Shown here: one piece after another, positions 1-10,483 of the stretch
How positions within the stretch are numbered: position 1 is the first letter of the stretch
Layout: each line of letters starts with the position of its first letter
From: Aulosira sp. ZfuVER01
Lineage (GTDB): Bacteria > Cyanobacteriota > Cyanobacteriia > Cyanobacteriales > Nostocaceae
DNA: 64,000 nt
Direction of reading: 5' to 3'
NCBI GenBank assembly: GCA_034530615.2
Contig: JAVRCV020000003.1
Location: 1-64,000, forward strand
Notes under the pieces: generated by a model
What the model was told of the DNA's origin: nothing
Databases searched by the model: none
Seen by the model: only the letters and a program-made list of their open reading frames with translations
Made by a program: the position numbers and the translations under genes

Positions 1-1
1 G

Positions 2-436
2 CTTACTTGGTCGCCACAACAGCCTCCTGCTACTGTTTGGGACGTTAGTTCTGAACTAGTAACTGATGATTTTCAACCAAAATTACAAGCAGAAATTAAT
101 AATTTAACTTCGGGTAAGCAATTAAATAATTTTAATAAATCAACTGAGCAGATATTAGTTATCCAGAGAATTTCCCAACCCACACAATTAGCTGAAGGTA
201 AGTGGAAAGTCCAGATGGTTGCTAATCAATTAATTTTTAATGGCTCCGATAGACTTGGTGAGTCAATTCCTGTTAATAAAGAAATTTTTGTCCAAGCCAC
301 AGATGAAGCAGTAGCTTCTTTACCTAATGCACCAGTTCCATTACAATTGGCAGCTTACCGCATTGGTGAAGCAAGACTTAAAATCTACAAAATTTGTGAC
401 ATCAAGGACAAAAGTTGTTCTGAAAATTCACCCTAA
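2..436 (+). CDS. 5'-truncated VirB8-like protein of a cyanobacterial conjugation/T4SS-type module
   Basis: The frame is open from position 2 (LTWSPQQPPATVWDVSSELV...ILVIQRISQPTQLAEGKWKVQMVANQLIF...) to the stop at 436 and lies 8 bp upstream of a VirB10-like gene. The VirB8 label is inferred from context. Confidence 0.55.
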   Translation, partial: LTWSPQQPPATVWDVSSELVTDDFQPKLQAEINNLTSGKQLNNFNKSTEQILVIQRISQPTQLAEGKWKVQMVANQLIFNGSDRLGESIPVNKEIFVQATDEAVASLPNAPVPLQLAAYRIGEARLKIYKICDIKDKSCSENSP

Positions 437-444
437 GACGTACT

Positions 445-2031
445 ATGACTCCCTATTCAAGTTCAGCAAAAAGTTCAGTAAATAATGATTACCAACTAGA
501 ATTAGATTCTCTAGATTGGGAATTACGCATGGCCAAATTAGTTGGCTTAGAAAATGAAGAATTATCTTCTATAAGTGCCGAAATAATAGAAGAATCAGCG
601 ACTTTGTCACCATCGCTTTCTCAACCATCAGAAGTTAAAACTGAACAATCTTTCTCATCTAATCCTTTTGCTAAGTTAGGTTTAGTTGGTACTGCAACTT
701 TAAGTGTAGTTTTGGTTGCTGGTGGGTTTTTGACTCAACTTATGAGTAGCGGCAATCAAAAGCCAAAAAAGAAGAATATTTCCCCCGAAATTAAATCGCC
801 AGTAGTAGATGAATCTGTACCGCAAGAGCTAGAAATAGAAACTCTCAAAACCAAATTAGCTCTAACTGAACAAGCAGAAGCTGTGAAACTAGCACAACAA
901 CAGCTAAGAAATACACAGATTAAACAACTTTCAATAGCCTCAAAACCTACCTCAAAAAGTAACGCGCCGAGGATAGTTACAGTTGAGCGTATTGTTGATG
1001 TACCCCATCCGCCACAAACAACTGCCTACTCTCACCCTGTACCACAACCTCAAATGGTAGCTATCAAGCCGGATATTCCACCAGCAATTAACGTCACTCC
1101 TAAACCTAAACTAGATCCATATCAGATGTGGTCAAATTTAGCTAAGTTAGGTAGCTACGGTCAGGTGAGTGGTAACAACCAACCTCCTGAGAATGTCACT
1201 ACTTCTGAAACCGCCAGCAATCCCAACACAAGTAATCCTAATATAGAGGCACAGGCAACCAACCCTCAGCCTGACTCAATACCGACACCAGAAACACCAA
1301 CACCAGAAACTCTGACTGCAAGCAAAATAGACAAGCCAACTCTGATGGCTAATAAAGAAGCAAAGCAGAGTGCAAAATCTATCGCCGTAGGAACTAGCGT
1401 TAAAGCTGTGTTGGCAACAGCTGTATTTGGCGAAACTGCTAATTCTTCTGCTAATAATGGTAACGAGGGTCAAAAAAATACATTTGTAGTCCGATTAAAA
1501 GAACCTTTGAAAGGTGTGGATGGAAACGTTACCATACCTGCGGGTACTGAATTATTGGTAGAAATTCGTTCTCTTTCCGAACAAGGTTTACTACAGTTAG
1601 ATGTGGTGAAAGCGATCGCAAAAGATCGAGACGGAATTACTGAAACTAGCTTACCGCCAAATGCATTCATGATTCGCGGTTCCGAAGGTAAACCTTTGAT
1701 AGCACAACAATATCCCAATCGGGGGTCATCTCTTGCCAGCATGGATATGGGACTCTTTGTTTTGGGAGGTCTAGGTAAAGCCGCAGAGTTATTTAATCGT
1801 AGTGAATCTCAAGTTGTGACTACCAATGCTGGCGGTACTGTGGTTAGCAATACTAACCCCCAACGCAACATCTTGGCAGGAGTTTTAGAAGGTGGGATGA
1901 ATACCATAGTGCCGCAAATTTCCCAACGCAATCAACAGGCAATGTCCGATATGATGCAGCGAACCAACGTCTGGTTTTTACCAGCCGGCACAGAAGTCGA
2001 AATCTATGTCAATCAAGCAATGGAATTGTAA
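445..2031 (+). CDS. TrbI/VirB10-family protein
   Basis: One N-terminal TM segment (LGLVGTATLSVVLVAGGFL), a coiled coil, a Pro-rich linker and a C-terminal VirB10-like domain (GTSVKAVLATAVFG, IPAGTELLVEI, VWFLPAGTEVEIYVNQ). Confidence 0.8.
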   Translation: MTPYSSSAKSSVNNDYQLELDSLDWELRMAKLVGLENEELSSISAEIIEESATLSPSLSQPSEVKTEQSFSSNPFAKLGLVGTATLSVVLVAGGFLTQLMSSGNQKPKKKNISPEIKSPVVDESVPQELEIETLKTKLALTEQAEAVKLAQQQLRNTQIKQLSIASKPTSKSNAPRIVTVERIVDVPHPPQTTAYSHPVPQPQMVAIKPDIPPAINVTPKPKLDPYQMWSNLAKLGSYGQVSGNNQPPENVTTSETASNPNTSNPNIEAQATNPQPDSIPTPETPTPETLTASKIDKPTLMANKEAKQSAKSIAVGTSVKAVLATAVFGETANSSANNGNEGQKNTFVVRLKEPLKGVDGNVTIPAGTELLVEIRSLSEQGLLQLDVVKAIAKDRDGITETSLPPNAFMIRGSEGKPLIAQQYPNRGSSLASMDMGLFVLGGLGKAAELFNRSESQVVTTNAGGTVVSNTNPQRNILAGVLEGGMNTIVPQISQRNQQAMSDMMQRTNVWFLPAGTEVEIYVNQAMEL

Positions 2032-2044
2032 GCATCAGTGATTA

Positions 2045-2180
2045 ATGGTCATTTGTCATTTGTCATTGGTCATTCTCCCTGCGGGGAACACCACTTTGCT
2101 TATGCTGGGGAACCCCTCCACCGCAAGTGTTTCACCGTGTCTCCGCGTCCCTGAGTCACCGCGTCTCCCTCATCTCTCTT
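2045..2180. repeat. STRR heptamers and a GC-rich small dispersed repeat
   Basis: Tandem atttgtc/attggtc heptamers, then ggggaacaccactttgcttatgctggggaacccc and accgcgtctccc-like units. Confidence 0.6.
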
Positions 2181-2199
2181 CCAGTAACCAGTTGCAGCC

Positions 2200-2766
2200 A
2201 TGAAAAACAACTTCAAATTTCACGTAAATCTCCCAAAAAATTCCTATTTATTACCTCTGGCTTCTTTAGGTTTTGTGGCTGCAATCTTGCTGGCTGGACG
2301 TGCTGTAGCTGAGAACGCTGTACTCCGCTCGATTTTTTCCTGCCAAGCTCAAGGTTTAAGCGGAGTAGTACCTACCATTAAAATTTGGTATCAGCAAGGG
2401 ACAAACTTAAGCTTTATTCCCTCTGGAGAAAAAATTAAAAAAGTTTGGTTAAATGACCCGTCGCAAGTAACTATTGATTTTGATGGGCCGATGTGTATGC
2501 AGTTCGGTCAAGGAGCTAATACAGGAGATTGCCAAAACTCTTCAGCCAATGTAATTCAACTCAGACGAATTAAAAAACTAGCTATTCCGGGAGCGCCTGA
2601 TACTAAAAATACGCTTTTAACCGTAATTACCGAAGGGCAAGCCAAAACTAAGTTGTATACATTCCGCATCCTATATGGAAATGGGAATCCGGAGTATCAT
2701 ACTTTAGCTGTGTTTCCTGATACTCCTTCTAGCAGTGCTACACCTTGCGTGAGAGTTCCGCAGTAG
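2200..2766 (+). CDS. exported protein, possibly VirB9/TrbG-like
   Basis: Signal-peptide-like N-terminus and a beta-rich GTNLSFIPSGEKIKKVWLNDPSQVTIDFDG segment; follows the VirB10-like gene. Confidence 0.45.
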   Translation: MKNNFKFHVNLPKNSYLLPLASLGFVAAILLAGRAVAENAVLRSIFSCQAQGLSGVVPTIKIWYQQGTNLSFIPSGEKIKKVWLNDPSQVTIDFDGPMCMQFGQGANTGDCQNSSANVIQLRRIKKLAIPGAPDTKNTLLTVITEGQAKTKLYTFRILYGNGNPEYHTLAVFPDTPSSSATPCVRVPQ

Positions 2767-2935
2767 GGGAGTGTGGGGAGACAAGGTGAACCAGCGCCTT
2801 GGGCTGAGCCGCTTTGCGGCGAAGACTTGGGGCGACTGGTGTTAGCGCAGCGTTAGCGACGTAGGAGCGTCACCCGAAGGGAGGACAAGGGGGACAAGGG
2901 GGAGGAAAGAAACAACTATTGCCCAATGCCCCAGT
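2767..2935. repeat. composite intergenic repeat (STRR and small dispersed repeats)
   Basis: ggggagacaagg/gggggacaagg units flank a GC-rich insert (gttagcgcagcgttagcgacgtaggagcgtc), followed by tgcccaatgcccc. Confidence 0.6.
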
Positions 2936-3363
2936 CTGAATACAATTAAGTTAGTTTTAAGATAAATGCAACTTATGAATCCGCGATCGCTTTCTTACTG
3001 AATTTAGTTAGTGTATAAAATTATCTTAGTCCAGCCATCTCTAATGTAGTATCTAGGACATTAGCGCTCCGGGTGGCTGTAAAATTTTTAGCTAAGGGGA
3101 AATTGATCAAATTCTCCCTTAATTTGATGTTGGCAGATGAAAAAATTCTGGCACTTCAATTCTTTGTATAGCGAGCTTCCATATAATAATTGAAGAAGTG
3201 CAACAAAATTAAACATCAACCAAAATCCCTCGGCTGCCATCTTCTCTCCAACCTCACCCATTGCCCTGAAGAGTTTTATTGTGGCAGAAACGATAAATTG
3301 GGTCTGGTTGGCATCTACGCGGTCCAAGTCTAAATTTTCATGAACGGGAGAACACTGTAATCT

Positions 3364-4548
3364 ATGGCAAGAATAGAAACCCGCACTGAACCTATGGTGC
3401 TCAACATGGGACCGCACCATCCCTCAATGCACGGGGTTCTGCGGCTAATTGTTACCCTGGATGGCGAGGATGTCATTGATTGTGAACCAGTAATTGGCTA
3501 CCTGCACCGGGGAATGGAAAAAATCGCGGAAAACCGCACCACTATTATGTACGTCCCCTACGTGAGTCGCTGGGACTACGCAGCAGGGATGTTCAACGAA
3601 GCCGTAACTGTCAACGCCCCTGAAAAATTGGCAGGTGTTGCTGTACCCAAACGCGCCAGCTACATCCGCGTCATCATGCTGGAATTGAACCGCATCGCTA
3701 ACCACCTGCTGTGGTTTGGTCCATTTTTGGCTGACGTAGGCGCGCAAACTCCCTTCTTCTACCAGTTCCGCGAACGGGAGATGATTTACGATTTGTGGGA
3801 AGCGGCTACTGGTTATCGGATGGTAAATAACAATTACTTCCGCGTTGGTGGCGTGGCAGTTGATTTGCCTTACGGTTGGGTAGATAAGTGCTTAGAATTC
3901 TGCGATTACTTGCTACCTAAAATAGACGAGTACGAAAAGTTAGTTACCAATAACCCCATCTTCCGCCGTCGGGTTGAAGGTATTGGCACAATCACCCGCG
4001 ACGAAGCAATTAACTGGGGACTTTCAGGCCCGATGTTACGCGCTTCTGGGGTGAAGTGGGACTTGCGGAAAGTAGACCACTACGAATGCTACGATGACTT
4101 CGACTGGGATGTGCAGTGGGAAACTGCTGGCGATTGCTTTGCCCGTTATTTGGTGCGGATGCGGGAAATGCGCGAATCTGTGAAGATTATTCGCCAAGCA
4201 ATTAAAGGACTCCCTGGCGGCCCTTATGAAAACCTGGAAGCCAAGCGTTTAGCTGCTGGAAAAAAATCAGAATGGGATGCTTTTGATTACCAGTACATCG
4301 GTAAAAAAGTTTCTCCTTCTTTTAAGATTCCCAAAGGAGAGATTTACGCCCGTGTAGAAAGCGGCAAAGGTGAACTGGGAATTTATATGGTTGGCGATGA
4401 TAACGTGTTCCCTGCACGTTGGAAGATTCGCGCCGCAGATTTTAACAACCTGCAAATTCTGCCTCATTTATTACGAGGAGTGAAGGTGGCAGATATTGTG
4501 GTAATTCTCGGCAGCATCGATGTGATTATGGGTTCTGTTGACAGATAG
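3364..4548 (+). CDS. ndhH: NAD(P)H-quinone oxidoreductase subunit H
   Basis: [24 protein letters not shown] and C-terminal [11 protein letters not shown]; 394 aa. Confidence 0.99.
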   Translation: MARIETRTEPMVLNMGPHHPSMHGVLRLIVTLDGEDVIDCEPVIGYLHRGMEKIAENRTTIMYVPYVSRWDYAAGMFNEAVTVNAPEKLAGVAVPKRASYIRVIMLELNRIANHLLWFGPFLADVGAQTPFFYQFREREMIYDLWEAATGYRMVNNNYFRVGGVAVDLPYGWVDKCLEFCDYLLPKIDEYEKLVTNNPIFRRRVEGIGTITRDEAINWGLSGPMLRASGVKWDLRKVDHYECYDDFDWDVQWETAGDCFARYLVRMREMRESVKIIRQAIKGLPGGPYENLEAKRLAAGKKSEWDAFDYQYIGKKVSPSFKIPKGEIYARVESGKGELGIYMVGDDNVFPARWKIRAADFNNLQILPHLLRGVKVADIVVILGSIDVIMGSVDR

Positions 4549-4635
4549 TAGCGGTTTTTTTTGAATACAGAACATGGTGGGGGTGCAACATTGTTGTGCC
4601 CTTACTCTTTTTAAAAGACTTTTAAAACATCCTCT

Positions 4636-4742
4636 TATACCATTTCAGTTTAATAATGATACAAATACGTGGGTAGAGGGTTTAGCATTGCTAAACCTCT
4701 ACGAAAAATCTATCTGTATCAGGATTTTCATGAATTGGTATT
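4636..4742. mobile_element. small MITE/REP-like element (family A)
   Basis: Terminal inverted repeats ataccatttc...gaattggtat and a central palindrome gtagagggtttagcattgctaaacctctac. A related copy lies in inverse orientation at about 14520-14783. Confidence 0.7.
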
Positions 4743-4990
4743 ATCCCTCTTTTATCACTACGGGGAGAGAATAATACTCTACCCAATCTGAACCTTAGAC
4801 AAAATCATCAATTGAGCGATCGCATGATCATTTTCTCATTTAACTTAGCTTGTTGATAAATAACCCAATAATAAGACTTAGGGATTATTCTCTGCTGAAA
4901 GTAACAAAAGAGGGATTATATCAGTGGATGTTTTTGATATCAAACCACAGATAAATATCGGTGTTTATCTGTGTTCATCTATGGTTCCTT

Positions 4991-6025
4991 TTATTCAAAT
5001 CGTAGTCCTGACACTGCTTGCTCAATATCCAAGCTTAAATATTTATCTAGTGGCAGATACATCCAATTGAGAGAGAGTTGTGGGTCTTGGTTGGTTTTGT
5101 GAAAGCCTAATGCTGATACTAATTGTTCATCAGTTGGATGGATGACTAGGCTATAGATATCGCAAAGGTTAGGAAAATCAGCTTGGATGCGAACTAATGT
5201 TTTTTGCACATCCTGTAAGAATTCACAGACGTTAATTAACTGCTTGTAAGGTAAATCGATTTGCCAACTGCGGACAAAAATCGAAGTACAATTGCGATCG
5301 CCTATCTGAGCAATTTGAAATGGGTCATCGTCCCAAGTTGCACTCAGGTGCAGACTATTGCGTGGCGGGAGAAAGAAATTCGCTTCATATTCTGTCGCCA
5401 CCGGATACAGGATATAAAAACCTACAGCATCTTGAGTATCGCTGCGACGTAGTACCCGCATCCCGGTAGGATATTGTTCCGCCCAGCCACGTAGTATTCT
5501 GACAATTCTGTGGGGTAAAGCAGTGGCTTTTTTGTTCATCCAGTTGTAGTTGCGGGCTAAAAAACTCGCAACTGGGATGGCGTCAGTGCGGGGGTTAAAG
5601 TCGTCAGTGAAAAACTTGATTGCGGCTTTAGCTGGGGTAGAGTCTTGGGGATTGGATAATAAAGACCGAATGCGAATGCAGGTAGTATTACCATCAAAGT
5701 CTTTTTCAATTAGCCCTAAAGCTACGAGCTTATCAATCATCATACCCGCCGAGCGATCGCTCCCCCGGTCGTTTTCACCATAAAAAACTTCTTGTGCTTC
5801 TCGATGGGTACAAGGAACAAACCCATCGGGTAAATCCAGTGCTGTTAAAGGTTGCTTTAAACGCTGGCCTAATTCTTGGCGTTGTTTGACTAGTAAATAA
5901 GCCCACAGCTTGACAAAATATTCTGCCCGACGGCGTGTTATCCCCACTCTCCCTTGTAACTGCGAAACGTATTTACGCTGTTGCTCAACAGGAAACCATT
6001 GGTCAATACTCTGTGGATTTATCAT
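4991..6025 (-). CDS. conserved hypothetical protein, probable N-terminal winged helix plus C-terminal GNAT-like domain
   Basis: 344-aa ORF. SAGMMIDKLVALGLIEKDFDG resembles a wHTH recognition helix and wing; VGFYILYP, FVRSWQID and LVSALGF resemble GNAT elements. Confidence 0.6.
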   Translation of the reverse strand: MINPQSIDQWFPVEQQRKYVSQLQGRVGITRRRAEYFVKLWAYLLVKQRQELGQRLKQPLTALDLPDGFVPCTHREAQEVFYGENDRGSDRSAGMMIDKLVALGLIEKDFDGNTTCIRIRSLLSNPQDSTPAKAAIKFFTDDFNPRTDAIPVASFLARNYNWMNKKATALPHRIVRILRGWAEQYPTGMRVLRRSDTQDAVGFYILYPVATEYEANFFLPPRNSLHLSATWDDDPFQIAQIGDRNCTSIFVRSWQIDLPYKQLINVCEFLQDVQKTLVRIQADFPNLCDIYSLVIHPTDEQLVSALGFHKTNQDPQLSLNWMYLPLDKYLSLDIEQAVSGLRFE

Positions 6026-6290
6026 ATAGCAAGACTCCTGACTGTTCCCAACTTGTGCAGCATCAGCAGCTTGAACCGAACATTTTGCTGTACTTTATAA
6101 AAACTTCACACTGCTTCAGGCAAATTACGCAAACTTCAACGCACAAGGTTTTACCACAACAGCATTACTGTACTTACAGCTTACTCATTGCATAAACAGA
6201 ATCTCGACAATCAAAATTCAGCTAATCACCTGCTTGATATCACAGGTATCCCTGTTTGACTTTAACGCTGAGTTTTGGAGTAAATCGACA

Positions 6291-6938
6291 ATGTTATTTC
6301 CAAATGACGAAAATCACTTAAATTTTGCAGCTACCCCAGGAGATAAATTTTGCAAACAACTTGCCAAAGATGATAACTTGCAACCTGTACCAAAAGTTGA
6401 TTTACTACAAGCTATTATTGAAAGCTTTGTTGACGGCATCTTTATACTAACAACTGAAGGTCAGTTAATTCATACAAATGAGTTTGCTCGTTCTATTTGT
6501 CGCCAATTAATGCCAGAAGAAACTGCCAGTAATGCAGTACCGGAGGAAATCTGGCGTGTTTGTCAATCTTTAATTGAGAGTCGCGAGTTATTTCCAGATG
6601 AGAAAATAATTATTGAATCTGAAATTGAACCAAAACCCACAGTTAAATTCCGTCTGCGGGCTAGATGGTTACAGCTATGTGCGAGTAAACATAATTTTTT
6701 ATTAGTAACTGTAGAGGATTGCAATCAGTATAGCCAAAGTATTGCGATCGCAGATGCCAAAAAATACAATTTAACAGACCGTGAAATAGAAGTTTGGCAG
6801 CTACGTCGAGCTAACCTTTCTTATAGAGAAATCGCCAATCAGCTTTACATTACTATCAACACAGTTAAAAAACACCTCAAGAATATTTATGCTAAACAAC
6901 AAGAAAAAAACAATATGAATGAATACAAATTCGCTTAG
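6291..6938 (+). CDS. PAS-like plus LuxR-type HTH transcriptional regulator
   Basis: IIESFVDGIFILTTEGQLIHTN (PAS start) and LTDREIEVWQLRRANLSYREIANQLYITINTVKKHLKNIYAK (LuxR HTH). ATG 6291 preferred over TTG 6234. Confidence 0.9.
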   Translation: MLFPNDENHLNFAATPGDKFCKQLAKDDNLQPVPKVDLLQAIIESFVDGIFILTTEGQLIHTNEFARSICRQLMPEETASNAVPEEIWRVCQSLIESRELFPDEKIIIESEIEPKPTVKFRLRARWLQLCASKHNFLLVTVEDCNQYSQSIAIADAKKYNLTDREIEVWQLRRANLSYREIANQLYITINTVKKHLKNIYAKQQEKNNMNEYKFA

Positions 6939-6963
6939 ATAAAAACTGCGAAAGCATCTGCCC

Positions 6964-6996
6964 AGATACCCGACTTCTTCAAAAAGTCGGGTATCT
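6964..6996. terminator. palindromic hairpin (REP-like repeat or terminator)
   Basis: agatacccgactt-cttcaaa-aagtcgggtatct just after the LuxR stop. Confidence 0.55.
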
Positions 6997-7083
6997 AAAT
7001 CTGTAAATGAAGATTGTGAGTTACACTTCATTAATGTACTAGGTAAAAATTGGATAATTTAATTTTTGCTACTCTCTTGCTCT

Positions 7084-8055
7084 ATGCCAATTGATAATTC
7101 TCGAATTGTTACTTATAGCCCAGCTTATACAATTGTCCCGACTTATGAATGCTTTAATCGCTGTACTTACTGCAACTTTCGCACCGACCCAGGTAAAAGT
7201 CCCTGGCTGAGTCTATCAGCAGCCGAAAGCATTTTAAAAAAACTTCAAAGCGAAAATATTTGTGAAATTCTCCTTCTTAGTGGCGAAGTACATCCTAATT
7301 CACCAAAGCGTGAGGAGTGGTTTCAACGGATTTATGACTTGTGCAAATTAGCATTTGCAATGGGCTTTCTCCCCCACACTAACGCAGGCCCGTTGAGTTT
7401 TACGGAGATGCAAAAGCTGAAAAATATTAATGTGTCAATGGGGTTAATGTTAGAGCAATTAACCCCAAAATTATTAAATACCGTGCATCAACACGCACCA
7501 AGTAAATTACCAGAAGTACGGTTACGGCAATTAGAATGGGCAGGAGAATTACAGATACCCTTTACCACAGGTTTACTATTAGGAATTGGGGAAACAATGG
7601 ATGATTGCTGGGAAACCTTAGCAGCCATATCTCAACTACATCAACGTTACCATCATATTCAAGAAGTTATCTTACAACCCCATAGCCCAGGAAATCAGCA
7701 AAGCTTTGATGCACCACCTTTTGACCCCCATCAATTACCAGAAGTAATTGCTAAGGCACGTCAGATTTTACCCTTAGATATTACAATCCAAATTCCACCG
7801 AATTTAGTCAAAGATGAGCAATGGTTGCTTGCTTGTTTAGCAGCTGGTGCGAGAGATTTAGGCGGAATTGGGCCAAAAGATGAAGTGAATCCTGATTATC
7901 CCCACGTTCAAGAGCAGGCGTTGAGAGACATTTTACAGCCTGCGGGGTGGGAATTAGTGCCGCGATTACCTGTTTATCCACAGTTTGATTATTGGTTGTC
8001 GGAGGAATTGCAAGCGGCGGTGAAGCGATGGCGAAAGAATTTAGCAGAAATCTAA
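7084..8055 (+). CDS. cofG: 7,8-didemethyl-8-hydroxy-5-deazariboflavin (FO) synthase subunit CofG
   Basis: Radical SAM CFNRCTYC, plus FLPHTNAG, SMGLMLE, IPFTTGLLLGIGE, IQIPPNL and VNPDYPH. Confidence 0.93.
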   Translation: MPIDNSRIVTYSPAYTIVPTYECFNRCTYCNFRTDPGKSPWLSLSAAESILKKLQSENICEILLLSGEVHPNSPKREEWFQRIYDLCKLAFAMGFLPHTNAGPLSFTEMQKLKNINVSMGLMLEQLTPKLLNTVHQHAPSKLPEVRLRQLEWAGELQIPFTTGLLLGIGETMDDCWETLAAISQLHQRYHHIQEVILQPHSPGNQQSFDAPPFDPHQLPEVIAKARQILPLDITIQIPPNLVKDEQWLLACLAAGARDLGGIGPKDEVNPDYPHVQEQALRDILQPAGWELVPRLPVYPQFDYWLSEELQAAVKRWRKNLAEI

Positions 8056-8576
8056 TGTCTAGTTAGCTGTATCTCCTCCGAGGTGAGGCGATCGCGTGCG
8101 TTATTTGTCGGAGTCTCCCGCAAAACAGAAAGCAGCAATAAACTAAAACCAATCAATTGCAGAAAGAAGCGTGCTGCATGGGAATACTCCCATTGACTGC
8201 GTAGCTGTAACCAGTTTGCTGGTAATGATTGCGGTGTCGCTTGCCTCAATACGGTATTTGCTGGCTCAGTAAACAAGAAAAAGACTACAGGGAAAGCCAA
8301 CAATAAAAATATTGTGCCAACCAATGTTAGTGGGAAAGCTGGTCGCCGTTTGCGAACTAGAATTGTTAGGACGAACGCGGCTACAACCGCAGCCACTTCA
8401 ATAAATGCACCAATGTTAGGCGGCCCAAAAGCTACATACAGCGAATTCTGGATTCTGACATACAGCGCCCCGTCGTATTGCATCTTGGCGGGCAGTTCTA
8501 ATGTATGACAGAACGCCATTCCCATGCTGAGGGCAATAAGGATCAGCGTCACGAACCGAAATATTAACAGAGCCAT
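8052..8576 (-). CDS. DUF1772-like membrane protein
   Basis: Four hydrophobic helices, GMAFCHTLELPAKM and PANWLQLRSQWEYSHAARF. Confidence 0.75.
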   Translation of the reverse strand: MALLIFRFVTLILIALSMGMAFCHTLELPAKMQYDGALYVRIQNSLYVAFGPPNIGAFIEVAAVVAAFVLTILVRKRRPAFPLTLVGTIFLLLAFPVVFFLFTEPANTVLRQATPQSLPANWLQLRSQWEYSHAARFFLQLIGFSLLLLSVLRETPTNNARDRLTSEEIQLTRH

Positions 8577-9398
8577 GATTGCTTCCTCTCAGACACAATA
8601 AGTATATTTAGTTACTATGTCTTTTTAAGATTGCTAGCTATGCTGATGAGTTTGTACTATCTTGAGAGATAAATTTTATTTGAGTTAACAAGGTGTAACA
8701 GTAACCTATTATCTAGTAATTAAAGTTACTAATACTCTTGAGGTTGAATACTGTTTATTTGTGAAGCTGCGCCAAATTATCTCTATACTTCCTATCTTTA
8801 CCTTCTTTGTAGTTCGTTTTTATTTCTTGCACGTCAGCGCATCTTCATAGAGAATTGGTATAAATCAATCTCAAGAGAATGTTAGGAGATCGCATCTCTA
8901 GAGAGTTAAAAAACAGGGAAAGTGCAACATTTTTGTTCTCTGTTTCCAATTGTCAGTTTTCCTATACAAAAATTGCTGAGTTATTAGTGCGATTCGCTTC
9001 TAAGTAATCTATTCTATTAAGCTCTTAATTTTTTATCTGAGCTTGAAATTCAATTATACTTAAAATCCTTGTTTGATAAGTATTTGAGATTGATTTTACA
9101 ATAAATCACTGAGAAATTAATGATAAATACATGACATTTTTATTACTTAAATAAGTATATATTAAATTAATATAAAGTATTAAATTCTACAATGTCAAAA
9201 CTTTAACTTGTGCTAAATTTTTCTCTAAAGATTGGGGATTATTACTCAGTTTCAACCACTACCAAAAGGTAAAAAATTAATGTAATATTATATATATTTA
9301 AACCAGCCGTTAGACAGATGAGAGTTTTGAGAATTAGAGATAAATTATTAAATAGAAAGTAAAGGGCATCACAAATATTGAGGGTGCAGATACATAGG

Positions 9399-9438
9399 TA
9401 AACACAGAGTAAAAAGCAAGATTTTTACTCTGTATTTA
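9399..9438. terminator. hairpin downstream of the VanY-like gene
   Basis: taaacacagagtaaaaa-gcaaga-tttttactctgtattta inverted repeat. Confidence 0.4.
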
Positions 9439-9560
9439 TTTTTATAATTAATTTGGCAATATATTTACCAAAATATTTTCTATTCAATAAACCCCCCATT
9501 GGAAATGTCTGTAGCCCTTGTAAACAAGTAATTACAAATTACGAATTCCGCGCAGCGGTT

Positions 9561-10418
9561 CTAGGGCGTTGATTGGGGTGTAGGAGTGGGAGTAGGTTTT
9601 AAATTTTTGGCTTTGTAGAAAGTTTCTAAGCTATCGCGATCGCCTACAAAACGCCAGTGCCAAGGCTCATAACTGACACCTTGAGCATTATCCTTAGGAA
9701 AGGACATCTCAAAACTAAAACGGGCAGCATTTGCTTGTAACCACTGATAAGCCTTGGTATTGTCAAAGTTGGCTTGGAGATTAGTTGCTGGTACTGCTCC
9801 ATCACCCACATCCACAGCATAGCCTGTGTGATGTTCGCTATGACCAGGAGGCGCACTCAGGGATGCTCTTTGCGCTGGAGTTTGATTACGCTGCGCACCC
9901 ACAGTAAAAAATAACTGCTCCTGCTCTTTCACCGAACGAAAGCCAGAAATTGGCACTATAATTACCCCGTCTCTGCGTGCTGCTTTTACCATCTCTTGAA
10001 ATTTTTCAGCAGCAGCTTTTCGCATTCTAATCCCCCCTCTGCGAGAAACTACTGCTAACTCTGATTCTGGCGCTTCAGTATATGCCAAATGTCCCAATAT
10101 AGTATCGCTCTCATTTTGAGATGTGACAGAACTATCAGATGTTGGTGTCTGTGATGGCGAACTAATTGGTGAAGGTTGAGAAGTAGCAGTTTTTTTGGGT
10201 GAAATGATGAAAAATAAAAAGCCACTACTGACAGCAAGCAGGACAAATGCCAATACTCCGCCAATCAGAAAAACTAGAGGTTGCATGCGCATCTTAGATT
10301 TTGTGTCGGGAGTATCGCGTAAAGCTGCTGGAATATCATCACCAGAAGCAGCCGATGAGTGTTGCGGTTCTCCAGAAAACCCAGCCTTATTCAAGAATTC
10401 ACTCCTGCTTTTTTTCAA
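9561..10418 (-). CDS. D-alanyl-D-alanine carboxypeptidase (M15B/VanY family)
   Basis: ISGFRS, SAPPGHSEHHTGYAVD and YEPWHWRFVG, with an N-terminal TM anchor. The true start may be slightly downstream of 10418. Confidence 0.92.
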   Translation of the reverse strand: MKKSRSEFLNKAGFSGEPQHSSAASGDDIPAALRDTPDTKSKMRMQPLVFLIGGVLAFVLLAVSSGFLFFIISPKKTATSQPSPISSPSQTPTSDSSVTSQNESDTILGHLAYTEAPESELAVVSRRGGIRMRKAAAEKFQEMVKAARRDGVIIVPISGFRSVKEQEQLFFTVGAQRNQTPAQRASLSAPPGHSEHHTGYAVDVGDGAVPATNLQANFDNTKAYQWLQANAARFSFEMSFPKDNAQGVSYEPWHWRFVGDRDSLETFYKAKNLKPTPTPTPQSTP

Positions 10419-10483
10419 TAGCCATAACAGATTGTAGACTGGAAAAAAATAAACGCAAGCGGTAGCATTTTAGTTCTATATTT

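Noticed and set aside
4574..4774. 66-aa ORF after ndhH
   Set aside because: Spans MITE sequence.
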